A DNA stretch of 64,000 nt, from NCBI GenBank assembly GCA_002269645.1, contig NIVC01001867.1, positions 62,001 to 126,000 of the forward strand, given 5' to 3'. The translations under genes were made by a program, and so were the position numbers. Positions 23,801-35,800 of this stretch are shown here, piece by piece. Origin of the DNA: Macrostomum lignano (taxonomy: Eukaryota). Numbering within the stretch: the first letter of the stretch is position 1; every line of letters starts with the position of its first letter. The notes under the pieces are model-generated. The model searched no databases, had not been told where the DNA came from, and saw only the letters and a list, made by a program, of their open reading frames with translations.

Positions 23801-26800
23801 CACCCTTGTAAAAACAGGAGATCCCTGTACAACGAGCGGCCCCTCTACTGTGTCTACAGCTACCCCGGCTACTCCGTTTCCGCCTCTCTGTGACACCACT
23901 GGTTGGACTCGGTGGATGAACGCTTCGTCTCCAATCTCCGGCGACGGTGACTACGAAATAATTCCGAATCTCCGTCGTCACTATCAATTCTGCGAGGTCG
24001 ATGATATTTCCAAGGTAGACTACAAAGCACTGGAGCCTGTGGACCCGGCTGAGGTTGACAAACAGGTAAAGCAAATTGGCAAGTCAGTCGGTCTTGTCTG
24101 CAAGAACAGTCAGCAAATTGCTCACGCTCGCTGCTTTGACTATGCGGTTCGATTCTACTGTGTCTGCGGCGTTACAAGCCCAACCTCGAGTTCGCCTCCT
24201 GAAAGTTCCAGCACGCCTAGCACAACTAAGTCCACCTGGTCAACGTGGAGCACTTTTACTGCGTCTACAACAGAATCCATCTGGTCAACGTTGAGTACTC
24301 GTACTTCTACTTCACCTACAACAGAATCTACCTGGCCAAGGTGGAATACGTCAACGCCGCAGCCATCGACAACAACAGCTACTGAAGGCACTACAACTCC
24401 GCAAGGAGCCTGCGCGGACGGTTGGACTCAGTGGATAAATATTAACAAGCCAACCACTGGTCTGCAAGGGGGCGAGTCAGAATCTCTGCCGGAGATCGAG
24501 AGGCAAATGGGAAAAATTTGTGCAGGCGGCAAAATCGAGCAAATACAGTGCCGGGATGTGTCCGTGCACAGGCAGAACATTGGTTACAACACTCAGTTTG
24601 GCCAGTGCTCGCTGGCCAATGGCCTTCGTTGCCTGAACAAAGACCAAGCCGGACTATCCAGCACCAAGCAGTGCTACGATTATGAAGTTCGATTCTTCTG
24701 CAGGTGCTCTCCGAACGTTTGCCCGCCACCGACTGTGGAAAGAGGCATTGTCTGGGAGCTGCCCGACTCCGCCTTTGCAGCCAGCAGTTTCCGAGGCAAG
24801 GACCCGATGCACGGCCCGCAGCGAGCCAGGATCAACACCAAGAAGGACAGCTCTGGCTATGGCGCTTGGACGGCAGACACGAAGGATTCGACACCGTGGA
24901 TTGAAGTTCAAGTGCCCGAAGCCCTGCAGTTTGTTGGACTGCGCACTCAAGGCCGCCAGGATATGCACCAGTTCGTCAACGAATTCACCATGGAAGTCAG
25001 CGAGGACTGCAGAAATTTCCAACCTATCCTGGGAGGCAAGGTAAATAAAAATTGCAAAAAATTTCGGCTAGCACTTTCGTATCTAGAAAGTACACTTTCA
25101 GCCTTGATTTATTGATATTTATATCCGGGGAAGTTTCTCGACCTAATTAGCGCAACCAACGGCATTGCGTGTTGCTTATTGATGTAAATATATCCATAAA
25201 GTTAAAGTTTATTCGACATAATTCTTAGTGAAAATTACTGCCCTGATATTTCCCTCCAGCCACTCGACGCCAACGTAGATCAGAACACGGCCGTGACCAA
25301 CTACTTCTCGAGAGACTTGCAGACGGTCACGGCAAAGTGCATTCGGCTGCACCCGAAGCGATTCTACGGATCGGCCAGCGTCAGGTTGGACCTCATCCAG
25401 TGCGGTGAGTGAAGCTCAAATTAAGGCTGCAGTTGGACTATAAATACAATTTTTTAAGCAAATTCTGACATCATTTCGCTTTAGAAACCAGATCCACGCC
25501 GACAGAGCTGCCGACCACAACAGCTAGCAGCAGCATCAGTCCCACAACATCCTGTTACTATGACGACTGCGCAATGAAATGCACACTCATCTGCCACTAC
25601 TTCGACTCCAAGCTGAAAGAGATCGGCTACTGCAGCAGCAACTCCTCCAACTGCGTTCCCGGCTGCAAGACAATTGACTGCCCGGATGGCTTCTACAAAA
25701 GCAGGGATGAGTGCGTCAGAGAGAAACAGTGCCCCTGCATGGATGACCAGGGAAGAGAAGTGCCGCCAGGGACAATCTGGGACGTTGAGGAGTGCAAATA
25801 CAAAATCTGCCGCAACAACACAGTGGAGCAGGTCATAATTCCTGGCTGTGAGCCGAGCACCACAGCCTTCACGCCACAAAACAATAGGACGAGGCCATAT
25901 ACACCTTCTGCAACGCCCGGAACTTCTACCGTCTGTGAGGAGTGGACCGACTGGATCAACCTCGACAACCCGTCTACCGGTGAGGGCGACATCGAGACCA
26001 TCGACAAGGCCAGAGACCGCTGGCCCGGATTCTGTCCTCAGCCAATCAGCATTCAGTGCAGAGACTCCGACAGCAAGAAGGACGTCACCGACATTCCTCA
26101 GGAGCTCATCTGCGATGTGAACCAGGGCCTTGTGTGCAAGAACGAGCACCAGTACCCGACCAAGTGCCTTGACTTCGAGGTCCGCTACTTCTGCGAGTGC
26201 TTCGGTGAGTAATCGTTTATTCGGCATGATGTTTTGAATAGCGGAACGTTGGCTCAATTTAATATTTTATGTTAACGGTAACTACTCTGAGGGTCTAGTT
26301 GGACTAACTTTGAACATATGCAGGGATCTAATGTTTCAGTATTTTTTCCATAAATGTTTGTACCTGAAGGCTGTTGATGCATGCATCCCAGGACAATAGC
26401 TCAAACAAGTAGCAGTTTGAGTAAAAGTAAGCATTGTATAACGCCGCAAAACAGTGGCTAAAATCTTGTGTGAGTTTTTCAATAAATAAGATAAGAGAAA
26501 TTCCTGATGTTATAAAATGACTTCCTGCCGTTTTTAGAGACAGAAAGTGTGGCGACAACACGAAGTTCACAAGGAACACAAAGTACTGAAAGTACGCCAT
26601 TCACGTCACCCAACGGCTCCTCGACAACACCGCAAACTGCGACGGCAACTTTTATGACTTCAGAAAGAACGCAAGCAACGCCTGAGTCCAGTACAACAGC
26701 TGAGCCTCAGGAGCCATCCTCATCTGCTCAAACGCGCACTACTTGGCCAGGAATCAGCCCCACAAAAACATCACCGGGACTGATTACCGATACTCCCGTT

Positions 26801-29800
26801 CCTTGCATTCAAACGGCGCCAACATTCCGGGTATTCAACAATGGGGAAAGAATTTTTCACAGTGCTGCTGATTTGATTAGAAAAAGCAAGTTGAACTGCC
26901 AGTATATTGTAAACTTGGAATGCGACGCTACAGATGGCAGCGACGCTAGAGTGGACTGCAGCAAAACCAATGGCTTTACTTGCAACCCGATGCTTCAAAT
27001 GTTTCATGAATGTCCGGCGTTTGACATCAGTTTGACCTGCCTGCTAGACTTGCCCCATTGCAGAAATGCTACTTCAACAATACCTGCAACGCCTTCCGAG
27101 CCAGGCATTTCGTCAACGCCAAATGAGGCATCAAGCCCACGAACTCCGTCTCAGTCTCCAGAGACTCCGAGCCCGAGAACTCCGTCTCAGTCTCCAGAGA
27201 CTCCGAGTCCGAGAACTCCGTCTCAGTCTCCAGAGAATCCGAGCCCGAGAACTCCGTCTCAGTCTCCAGAGACTCCGAGCCCAAGAACTCCGTCGCCGTA
27301 CACGCCTTCGGCAACGCCTGGAACTTCTACCGTCTGTGAGGAGTGGACCGACTGGATCAACCTCGACAACCCGTCTACCGGTGAGGGCGACATCGAGACC
27401 ATCGACAAGGCCAGAGACCGCTGGCCCGGATTCTGTCCTCAGCCAATCAGCATCCAGTGCAGAGACTCCGACAGCAAGAAGGACGTCACCGATATTCCTC
27501 AGGAGCTCATCTGCGATGTGAACCAGGGCCTTGTGTGCAAGAACGAGCACCAGTACCCGACCAAGTGCCTTGACTTCGAGGTCCGCTACTTCTGCGAGTG
27601 CTTCGGTGAGCATTTGTTCAGTTTGAACTAAAATTTGACGATAACTACCCTGATTTTGAAGTATCATTCGGCCTGTGTTAATTAGTTGTAACAGCCACAC
27701 TACGCTTGTAAGACACCCTTTGTTTTATTGCACTGCGACTTGCTCTCACACCTCGCATTGTCGCTCGTAGCGCACATTACGTGCACAATTTTAAAACTTT
27801 TTATTGACTGCCAGCATTCGGGCGGAGCAGTGCAGCGGTAAAGAAATTTAATAGACCTGAAACCTTTAGCAAATTAAATTGAGCTTTAAATTTTATTCAG
27901 CTTCATCAGCTGTCTGATAAAGTAAACTGCCAGAGCAGATGATTGGTTTCCCAACAAGCGCGACCCACCGATGCCCACAAGTTACTGGGAAGGAACAGAA
28001 AGTCGGCAAGTCCGGCAGACTGGGAGCAAAATTTAACAGAATCTGTCGGGCCAACAAACCAAGGCAATATTTTGCGCTACCAAAATTGCGCGAAAAACTG
28101 TCACAGCCACTACTCGTTTTGCTGTGATGATGAGGTCACCTTTATGCCCCCATTTTAAACAAATTTAACTGCTTCGTATGACGCTGGATATATATACCAG
28201 GATTGAATGTTTGGAAATTTTCATTTCAGAAACGCAGACTCCTACGGAATCAACAAGGACTCCGAGCCCTCGGACTCCGTCTCAGTCTCCAGAGACTCCG
28301 AGCCCGAGAACTCCGTCTCAGTCTCCAGAGACTCCGAGCCCGAGAACTCCGTCTCAGTCGCCAGAGACTCCGAGCCCAAGAACTCCGTCTCAGTCTCCAG
28401 AGACTCCGAGCCCAAGAACTCCGTCTCAGTCTCCAGAGACTCCGAGTCCGAGAACTCCGTCTCAGTCTCCAGAGACTCCAAGCCCGAGAACTCCGTCTGA
28501 AGCACCGGAAACTCCGAGCCCGAGAACTCCGTCTGAAGCACCGGAAACTCCGAGCCCGAGAACTCCGTCTGAAGCACCGGAAACTCCGAGCCCGAGAACT
28601 CCGTCTCAGTCTCCAGAGACTCCGAGCCCGAGAACTCCGTCTCAGTCTCCAGAGACTCCGAGCCCGAGAACTCCGTCTCAGTCGCCAGAGACTCCAAGCC
28701 CAAGAACTCCGTCTCAGTCTCCAGAGACTCCGAGCCCAAGAACTCCGTCTCAGTCTCCAGAGACTCCGAGTCCGAGAACTCCGTCTCAGTCTCCAGAGAC
28801 TCCAAGCCCGAGAACTCCGTCTGAAGCACCGGAAACTCCGAGCCCGAGAACTCCGTCTCAGTCTCCAGAGACTCCGAGCCCAAGAACTCCGTCTCAGTCT
28901 CCAGAGACTCCGAGCCCACGAACTCCGTCTCAGTCTCCAGAGACTCCGAGCCCGAGAACTCCGTCTCAGTCTCCAGAGACTCCGAGCCCGAGAACTCCGT
29001 CGCCATACACGCCTTCTGCAACGCCCGGAACTTCTACCGTCTGTGAGGAGTGGACCGACTGGATCAACCTCGACAACCCGTCTACCGGTGAGGGCGACAT
29101 CGAGACCATCGACAAGGCCAGAGACCGCTGGCCCGGATTCTGTCCTCAGCCAATCAGCATCCAGTGCAGAGACTCCGACAGCAAGAAGGACGTCACCGAC
29201 ATTCCTCAGGAGCTCATCTGCGATGTGAACCAGGGCCTTGTGTGCAAGAACGAGCACCAGTACCCGACCAAGTGCCTTGACTACGAGGTCCGCTACTTCT
29301 GCGAGTGCTTTGGTAAGCTTTTACGTTTTATCCTCGACTTTTGTTTGCATGCTGTAAGTCTGAAGGTTTTGATATCTCGGAGGGAAATTGTCCTCAGTGA
29401 AATTCTTTTCAGCTGCTCTTCATTCCAAGCGGGCCTTTACCGGTATAAGAAAAAATTAGAATTTCAAAAAAATCGAATATGTGAGAAAAGAAGCATTTTT
29501 GCAGATACGTATAGCTTTTTAGGAGTTTGAATCACGGCGAACACTTTGGTGGGTTTTATGTGAGCATTTTTTGCATTTTGCGTAGTTTGACGTTTTAAAA
29601 ATATAGTACTGCTTTGTACGCTCGTAGATGTGAAAACAACAGAGCTATCGCACGAGGAAGAACTGCTGGTACAGACACTCATCTGTATCATTCTCGCCTT
29701 ACAGATTTCCGCACACAACCTACCAGACCAACTGAAAATAGCTCTACATCCTCAAGAGTACCAGAGGAGAGCTCTACATCCTCAAGGATCCCAGAGGAAA

Positions 29801-32800
29801 GCACCACATCGCCAAGAGCACCAGAGGAGAGCACCACATCGCCAAGAGCACCAGAGGAGAGCACCACATCGCCAAGAGCACCAGAGGAGAGCACCACATC
29901 GCCAAGAGCACCAGAGGAGAGCACCACATCGCCAAGAGCACCAGAGGAGAGCACCACATCGCCAAGAGCACCAGAGGAGAGCTCACCATCCAAAGCCACT
30001 GGATTAACTGGTTTTACCACGACACCTGAGCGAGAAGGCCCCTCTCCAACTACATCCGTCTGCGAGGAGTGGACCCCATGGATAAACCTTGACCGGCCCA
30101 GCACAGGCCATGGCGACGTGGAGACCATGGAGAAGGCCAGACGCAAATGGCCGAACTTCTGTCCAAAGCCAATGAAAATCCAGTGCAGAGACGCAGGCAG
30201 CAAGATTTCAGTTGACCAGGTGTCTCAGGAGCTGCTCTGCGATCTGGAGCACGGCCTGCTGTGCATTAATGAGAACCAGTACCCGAACAACTGCAACGAC
30301 TATGAAATCCGATTCTACTGCGACTGCTACGGTGAGTCCAACCAGTGCCAATGTGTTGAGAGTTGCAACTCCGACCAGTGTTTTTTCAACTCCAATCTCA
30401 ATTACAATACCTTGATTAATTTTTACCATTCTGGCTACAGTTCAACAGCGCTCTGAGTCGCTATCAATTAGAGAGGCGTAGACAAAATATTTTTATCTAC
30501 TCGTTTCAAAGGCTGATAAAGAGGTATTTTATAGTTAACTTACCGACCAAGTATTTGATCAGATAAGCATGCAGTGTAATATACAGAGTGCCGGCCTCAT
30601 GGCAAGGCTCTGTGCGCGCTGATTGTCTCACTGAATGCTCAGGTTTTGAGCAGCACATATAAAATTTCATTAAAAACCCAAAACATTCTTGTTATAACAT
30701 TCGGGCAAGCCACAATATATGAGCGTCAATTTAGATTAATCCCTCTCCCCTCTTCACTGCGGTCAAAATCTGTCCCTACTCATAGGATAAGTAGTAGAAC
30801 ATGCATGTTTAAAGACAATTTCTCTCGAGTGCGTAAAAATTAAATTGGAAGGAAGGAAACTCGTGCGTGTGCATGGGCTGGCACAGGCCTGCCTGATCAT
30901 GGGCTGGCACAGGCCTGCCTGTTCATGGGCTGGCACACGCCTGCCTGATCATGGGCTGGCACAGGCCTGCCTGTTCATGGGCTGGCACACGCCTGCCTGA
31001 TCATGGGCTGGCACAGGCCTGCCTGTTCATGGGCTGGCACAGGCCTGCCTGTTCATGGGCTGGCACACGCCTGCCTGATCATGGGCTGGCACAGGCCTGC
31101 CTGTTCATGGGCTGGCACAGGCCTGCCTGATCATGGGCTGGCACAGGCCTGCCTGTTCATGGGCTGGCACAGGCCTGCCTGTTCATGGGCTGGCACAGGC
31201 CTGCCTGTTCATGGGCTGGCACAGGCCTGCCTGTTCATGGGCTGGCACAGGCCTGCCTGTTCATGGGCTGGCACAGGCCTGCCTGTTCATGGGCTGGCAC
31301 AGGCCTGCCTGTTCATGGGCTGGCACAGGCCTGCCTGTTCATGGGCTGGCACACGCCTGCCTGATCATGGGCTGGCACAGGCCTGCCTGTTCATGGGCTG
31401 GCACAGGCCTGCCTGTTCATGGGCTGGCACAGGCCTGCCTGTTCATGGGCTGGCACAGGCCTGCCTGTTCATGGGCTGGCACAGGCCTGCCTGTTCATGG
31501 GCTGGCACAGGCCTGCCTGTTCATGGGCTGGCACAGGCCTGCCTGTTCATGGGCTGGCACAGGCCTGCCTGTTCATGGGCTGGCACAGGCCTGCCTGTTC
31601 ATGGGCTGGCACACGCCTGCCTGATCATGGGCTGGCACAGGCCTGCCTGTTCATGGGCTGGCACAGGCCTGCCTGTTCATGGGCTGGCACAGGCCTGCCT
31701 GTTCATGGGCTGGCACACGCCTGCCTGTTCATGGGCTGGCACAGGCCTGCCTGTTCATGGGCTGGCACAGGCCTGCCTGTTCATGGGCTGGCACAGGCCT
31801 GCCTGTTCATGGGCTGGCACAGGCCTGCCTGTTCATGGGCTGGCACACGCCTGCCTGATCATGGGCTGGCACAGGCCTGCCTGTTCATGGGCTGGCACAG
31901 GCCTGCCTGTTCATGGGCTGGCACAGGCCTGCCTGTTCATGGGCTGGCACAGGCCTGCCTGTTCATGGGCTGGCACAGGCCTGCCTGTTCATGGGCTGGC
32001 ACAGGCCTGCCTGTTCATGGGCTGGCACACGCCTGCCTGTTCATGGGCTGGCACAGGCCTGCCTGTTCATGGGCTGGCACAGGCCTGTCTGATCATGGGC
32101 TGGCACACGCCTGCCTGTTCATGGGCTGGCACACGCCTGCCTGATCATGGGCTGGCACAGGCCTGCCTGATCATGGGCTGGCACAGGCCTGCCTGTTCAT
32201 GGGCTGGCACAGGCCTGCCTGTTCATGGGCTGGCACAGGCCTGCTTGTTCATGGGCTGGCACAGGCCTGCCTGTTCATGGGCTGGCACAGGCCTGCCTGT
32301 TCATGGGCTGGCACAGGCCTGCCTGTTCATGGGCTGGCACAGGCCTGCCTGTTCATGGGCTGGCACACGCCTGCCTGTTCATGGGCTGGCACAGGCCTGC
32401 CTGTTCATGGGCTGGCACAGGCCTGCCTGTTCATGGGCTGGCACAGGCCTGCCTGTTCATTGGCTGGCACAGGCCTGCCTGTTCATGGGCTGGCACAGGC
32501 CTGCCTGTTCATGGGCTGGCACACGCCTGCCTGATCATGGGCTGGCACAGGCCTGCCTGTTCATGGGCTGGCACAGGCCTGCCTGTTCATGGGCTGGCAC
32601 AGGCCTGCCTGTTCATGGGCTGGCACAGGCCTGCCTGTTCATGGGCTGGCACACGCCTGCCTGTTCATGGGCTGGCACACGCCTGCCTGATCATGGGCTG
32701 GCACAGGCCTGCCTGATCATGGGCTGGCACAGGCCTGCCTGTTCATGGGCTGGCACAGGCCTGCCTGTTCATGGGCTGGCACACGCCTGCCTGTTCATGG

Positions 32801-35800
32801 GCTGGCACAGGCCTGCCTGTTCATGGGCTGGCACAGGCCTGCCTGTTCATGGGCTGGCACACGCCTGCCTGTTCATGGGCTGGCACACGCCTGCCTGTTC
32901 ATGGGCTGGCACAGGCCTGCCTGTTCATGGGCTGGCACAGGCCTGTCTGATCATGGGCTGGCACACGCCTGCCTGTTCATGGGCTGGCACACGCCTGCCT
33001 GTTCATGGGCTGGCACACGCCTGCCTGATCATGGGCTGGCACAGGCCTGCCTGTTCATGGGCTGGCACAGGCCTGCCTGTTCATGGGCTGGCACAGGCCT
33101 GCCTGTTCATGGGCTGGCACAGGCCTGCCTGTTCATGGGCTGGCACAGGCCTGCCTGTTCATGGGCTGGCACAGGCCTGCCTGTTCATGGGCTGGCACAG
33201 GCCTGCCTGTTCATGGGCTGGCACACGCCTGCCTGTTCATGGGCTGGCACAGGCCTGCCTGTTCATGGGCTGGCACAGGCCTGTCTGATCATGGGCTGGC
33301 ACACGCCTGCCTGTTCATGGGCTGGCACACGCCTGCCTGATCATGGGCTGGCACAGGCCTGCCTGTTCATGGGCTGGCACAGGCCTGCCTGTTCATGGGC
33401 TGGCACAGGCCTGCCTGTTCATGGGCTGGCACAGGCCTGCCTGTTCATGGGCTGGCACAGGCCTGCCTGTTCATGGGCTGGCACAGGCCTGCCTGTTCAT
33501 GGGCTGGCACACGCCTGCCTGTTCATGGGCTGGCACAGGCCTGCCTGTTCATGGGCTGGCACAGGCCTGCCTGTTCATGGGCTGGCACACGCCTGCCTGT
33601 TCATGGGCTGGCACAGGCCTGCCTGTTCATGGGCTGGCACAGGCCTGTCTGATCATGGGCTGGCACACGCCTGCCTGTTCATGGGCTGGCACACGCCTGC
33701 CTGATCATGGGCTGGCACAGGCCTGCCTGATCATGGGCTGGCACAGGCCTGCCTGTTCATGGGCTGGCACAGGCCTGCCTGTTCATGGGCTGGCACAGGC
33801 CTGCCTGTTCATGGGCTGGCACAGGCCTGCCTGTTCATGGGCTGGCACACGCCTGCCTGATCATGGGCTGGCACAGGCCTGCCTGTTCATGGGCTGGCAC
33901 AGGCCTGCCTGTTCATGGGCTGGCACAGGCCTGCCTGTTCATGGGCTGGCACAGGCCTGCCTGTTCATGGGCTGGCACACGCCTGCCTGATCATGGGCTG
34001 GCACAGGCCTGCCTGTTCATGGGCTGGCACAGGCCTGTCTGTTCATGGGCTGGCACTCGCCTGTTCATGGGCTGGCACAGGCCTGCCTGTTCATGGGCTG
34101 GCACAGGCCTGCCTGTTCATGGGCTGGCACAGGCCTGCCTGATCATGGGCTGGCACAGGCCTGCCTGTTCATGGGCTGGCACAGGCCTGCCTGTTCATGG
34201 GCTGGCACACGTCTGCCTGATCATGGGCTGGCACAGGCCTGCCTGATCATGGGCTGGCACAGGCCTGCCTGTTCATGGGCTGGCACAGGCCTGCCTGTTC
34301 ATGGGCTGGCACACGCCTGCCTGTTCATGGGCTGGCACACGCCTGCCTGATCATGGGCTGGCACACGCCTGCCTGTTCATGGGCTGGCACAGGCCTGCCT
34401 GTTCATGGGCTGGCACACGCCTGCCTGTTCATGGGCTGGCACACGCCTGTCTGATCATGGGCTGGCACACGCCTGCCTGATCATGGGCTGGCACAGGCCT
34501 GCCTGATCATGGGCTGGCACAGGCCTGTCTGTTCATGGGCTGGCACACGCCTGTTCATAGGTTGGCACAGGCCTGCCTGATCATGGGCTGGCACAGGCCT
34601 GTCTGTTCATGGGCTGGCACACGTCTGCCTGATCATGGGCTGGCACAGGCCTGCCTGTTCATGGGCTGGCACAGGCCTGCCTGTTCATGGGCTGGCACAG
34701 GCCTGCCTGTTCATGGGCTGGCACACGCCTGCCTGTTCATGGGCTGGCACACGCCTGCCTGATCATGGGCTGGCACACGCCTGCCTGTTCATGGGCTGGC
34801 ACAGGCCTGCCTGTTCATGGGCTGGCACACGCCTGCCTGTTCATGGGCTGGCACACGCCTGCCTGATCATGGGCTGGCACACGCCTGCCTGATCATGGGC
34901 TGGCACAGGCCTGCCTGATCATGGGCTGGCACAGGCCTGTCTGTTCATGGGCTGGCACACGCCTGTTCATAGGTTGGCACAGGCCTGCCTGATCATGGGC
35001 TGGCACAGGCCTGTCTGTTCATGGGCTGGCACACGCCTGCCTGATCATGGGCTGGCACAGGCCTGTCTGTTCATGGGCTGGCACTCGCCTGTTCATGGGT
35101 TGGCACAGGTCTGCCTGATCATGGGCTGGCACAGGTCTGCCTGTTCATGGGCTGGCACAGGCCTGCCTGTTCATGGGCTGGCACAGGCCTGCCTGTTCAT
35201 GGGCTGGCACACGCCTGCCTGTTCATGGGCTGGCACACGCCTGCCTGATCATGGGCTGGCACAGGCCTGTCTGTTCATGGGCTGGCACTCGCCTGTTCAT
35301 GGGTTGGCACAGGTCTGCCTGATCATGGGCTGGCACAGGTCTGCCTGTTCATGGGCTGGCACAGGCCTGCCTGTTCATGGGCTGGCACAGGCCTGCCTGT
35401 TCATGGGCTGGCACACGCCTGCCTGTTCATGGGCTGGCACACGCCTGCCTGTTCATGGGCTGGCACAGGCCTGCCTGTTCATGGGCTGGCACAGGCCTGC
35501 CTGTTCATGGGCTGGCACAGGCCTGCCTGTTCATGGGCTGGCACAGGCCTGCCTGTTCATGGGCTGGCACAGGCCTGCCTGTTCATGGGCTGGCACAGGC
35601 CTGCCTGTTCAACTGGGCCTTTTAAAGACTAAAATTTCTACAGTTCTCCAAGTTTCTAAAGGTTTTAGAGGGCTTTCTACAGTTTATTAAGAAAAAAAAT
35701 GATTAAAGTACCTGTAAAATATGATTTGTGAAGTGATTAATCCAGTTAATACATCATCTGTGAGGCGCACTTCTAAATACCGTGAATTAGATCTGACTAG

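Noticed and set aside
15048-27618. Identical extended donor sequences (GTGAGTAATCGTTT at 15048 and 26205; GTGAGCATTTGTT at 12741 and 27606)
   Set aside because: The first 5-6 nt are donor consensus and similarity stops after 13-14 nt; chance among many pairs cannot be excluded.
31003-35704. Long ORFs (up to 761 aa) of MGWHRPACSWAG type
   Set aside because: The 26-bp unit has no stop in any + frame and cycles through all three; it lies within a GT-AG intron of the mucin.
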